A stretch of DNA of 32,000 nucleotides. It comes from Methanopyrus kandleri AV19 (GTDB lineage: Archaea > JAADCQ01 > Methanopyri > Methanopyrales > Methanopyraceae). The notes below the pieces were generated by a model. It saw only the letters and a program-made list of their open reading frames with translations, did not search any database and was not told the origin of the DNA. Positions 31,386 to 32,000 of the stretch are shown here, one piece after another (position 1 is the first letter of the stretch; each line of letters opens with the position of its first letter). Location of the stretch: contig NC_003551.1 of the NCBI RefSeq assembly GCF_000007185.1, positions 799,646 through 831,645 on the forward strand, read 5' to 3'. The translations under genes were made by a program, and so were the position numbers.

Positions 31386-32000
31386 GATTCTGGTAGTCGA
31401 CGACAACTCACCCGACGGAACGGCGGAAGTGGCCCGAGAACTTTCCAGACAGTACGGTAACATCAAGGTGATCGTGCGCGAGGAGAAGCCGGGATTAGGT
31501 CTAGCGTACAGGAGAGGGTTCCGCGAGGCTAGGGGCGAGGTGATAGTATGTATGGACGCCGACGGTCAACACCCACCAGAGTGTCTTCCTAACATCGTGA
31601 ATCCGGTACTCGATGGGGAGTGCGACTTCGGATTAGGGTCCAGGTACGTCGAAGGGTCCGTCGTTGAGAACTTCCCGTGGTACCGTAAGCTGAACTCTTG
31701 GGGTGCACGCGTTGTTGCACGCTTGTTCCTCAAACTTCCGTACCGCGATCCGACGAGCGGGTTCCGTGCTATTTCCCGGAAGATACTGACCGAGAGCCGA
31801 CCGTTCGTGTCCGAAGGTTTCGAGATACAGGTCGAGACGCTCGCGAAGGCCCACCACATGGGCTACACCGTGCAGGAGTACCCGTTCTTGTTCCGACCCA
31901 GAGAGCGGGGATCCTCTAACGTGAATATCCGTCAGATACTACGGTACCTCAGAGGAGTGTGGAGGATCAGGAAGGACTTGAAGCAGCGTGGGCTCCTGTA
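31279..32000 (+). CDS. GT2 glycosyltransferase, dolichyl-phosphate mannose/glucose synthase-like; 3' end runs off the right window edge
   Basis: Absent from the ORF track because no stop lies in the window. From ATG 31279 it reads MVDVSVILPTYNERENLPRVIPKIEE...ILVVDDNSPDGTAEVAREL...GLGLAYRRGFREARGEVIVCMDADGQHPP...GSRY...DPTSGFRAISR, with DxD and the DPM1-like motifs. Confidence 0.88.
   Translation, partial: MVDVSVILPTYNERENLPRVIPKIEEVVEEEGWTAEILVVDDNSPDGTAEVARELSRQYGNIKVIVREEKPGLGLAYRRGFREARGEVIVCMDADGQHPPECLPNIVNPVLDGECDFGLGSRYVEGSVVENFPWYRKLNSWGARVVARLFLKLPYRDPTSGFRAISRKILTESRPFVSEGFEIQVETLAKAHHMGYTVQEYPFLFRPRERGSSNVNIRQILRYLRGVWRIRKDLKQRGLL

Noticed and set aside
1-32000. Search for CRISPR arrays, IS elements/transposases, integrases, and tRNA or rRNA genes
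   Set aside because: No spaced direct repeats, terminal inverted repeats, recombinase-like ORFs or cloverleaf- or rRNA-like stretches were seen. Apart from 19756-19942, the intergenic gaps are too short to hold them.

Overview
The window is a dense, roughly 60% GC archaeal chromosome segment. Gene content and the very acidic, Glu/Arg/Val-rich proteins fit a hyperthermophilic methanogen of the Methanopyrus type; this assignment is inferred, not searched. Housekeeping genes recognised directly from translated motifs are: TBP (cut by the left edge and absent from the ORF track), the uL22-uS3-uL29-SUI1 block, RNase P Rpp29, MetRS, HisB, Gar1-TFB, ArgJ, a LOR/SDH-type enzyme, 2-phosphoglycerate kinase, PAN, and a DPM1-like GT2 (cut by the right edge and absent from the track). 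No rRNA, tRNA, CRISPR array, IS element or integrase was seen. Many long ORFs in the track are Ser/Thr/Pro/Arg-rich antisense shadows of real genes, as expected at this GC content. The observations most worth following up are:
(1) A tightly packed five-gene operon at 26090-29032. It combines a CitG-like triphosphoribosyl transferase, an MdcG/CitX-like nucleotidyltransferase, a hexapeptide-repeat protein and two orphans, with no citrate lyase or malonate decarboxylase genes nearby.
(2) A truncated FtsZ/tubulin-like protein with a degenerate signature motif, followed by a ribbon-helix-helix gene (17587-18552).
(3) Tandem paralogous membrane plus alpha/beta-domain modules, one split into two coupled genes and one fused (8736-11625).
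(4) A ClC channel gene broken by a frameshift at an A5/T5 run.
(5) A perfect 33-nt identity between the two TBP repeats.
(6) Two candidate C/D-box sRNAs.
Most gene starts are uncertain because GTG and TTG starts are frequent. Where an internal start removes an implausible overlap, I give that start and note the full ORF in the evidence.
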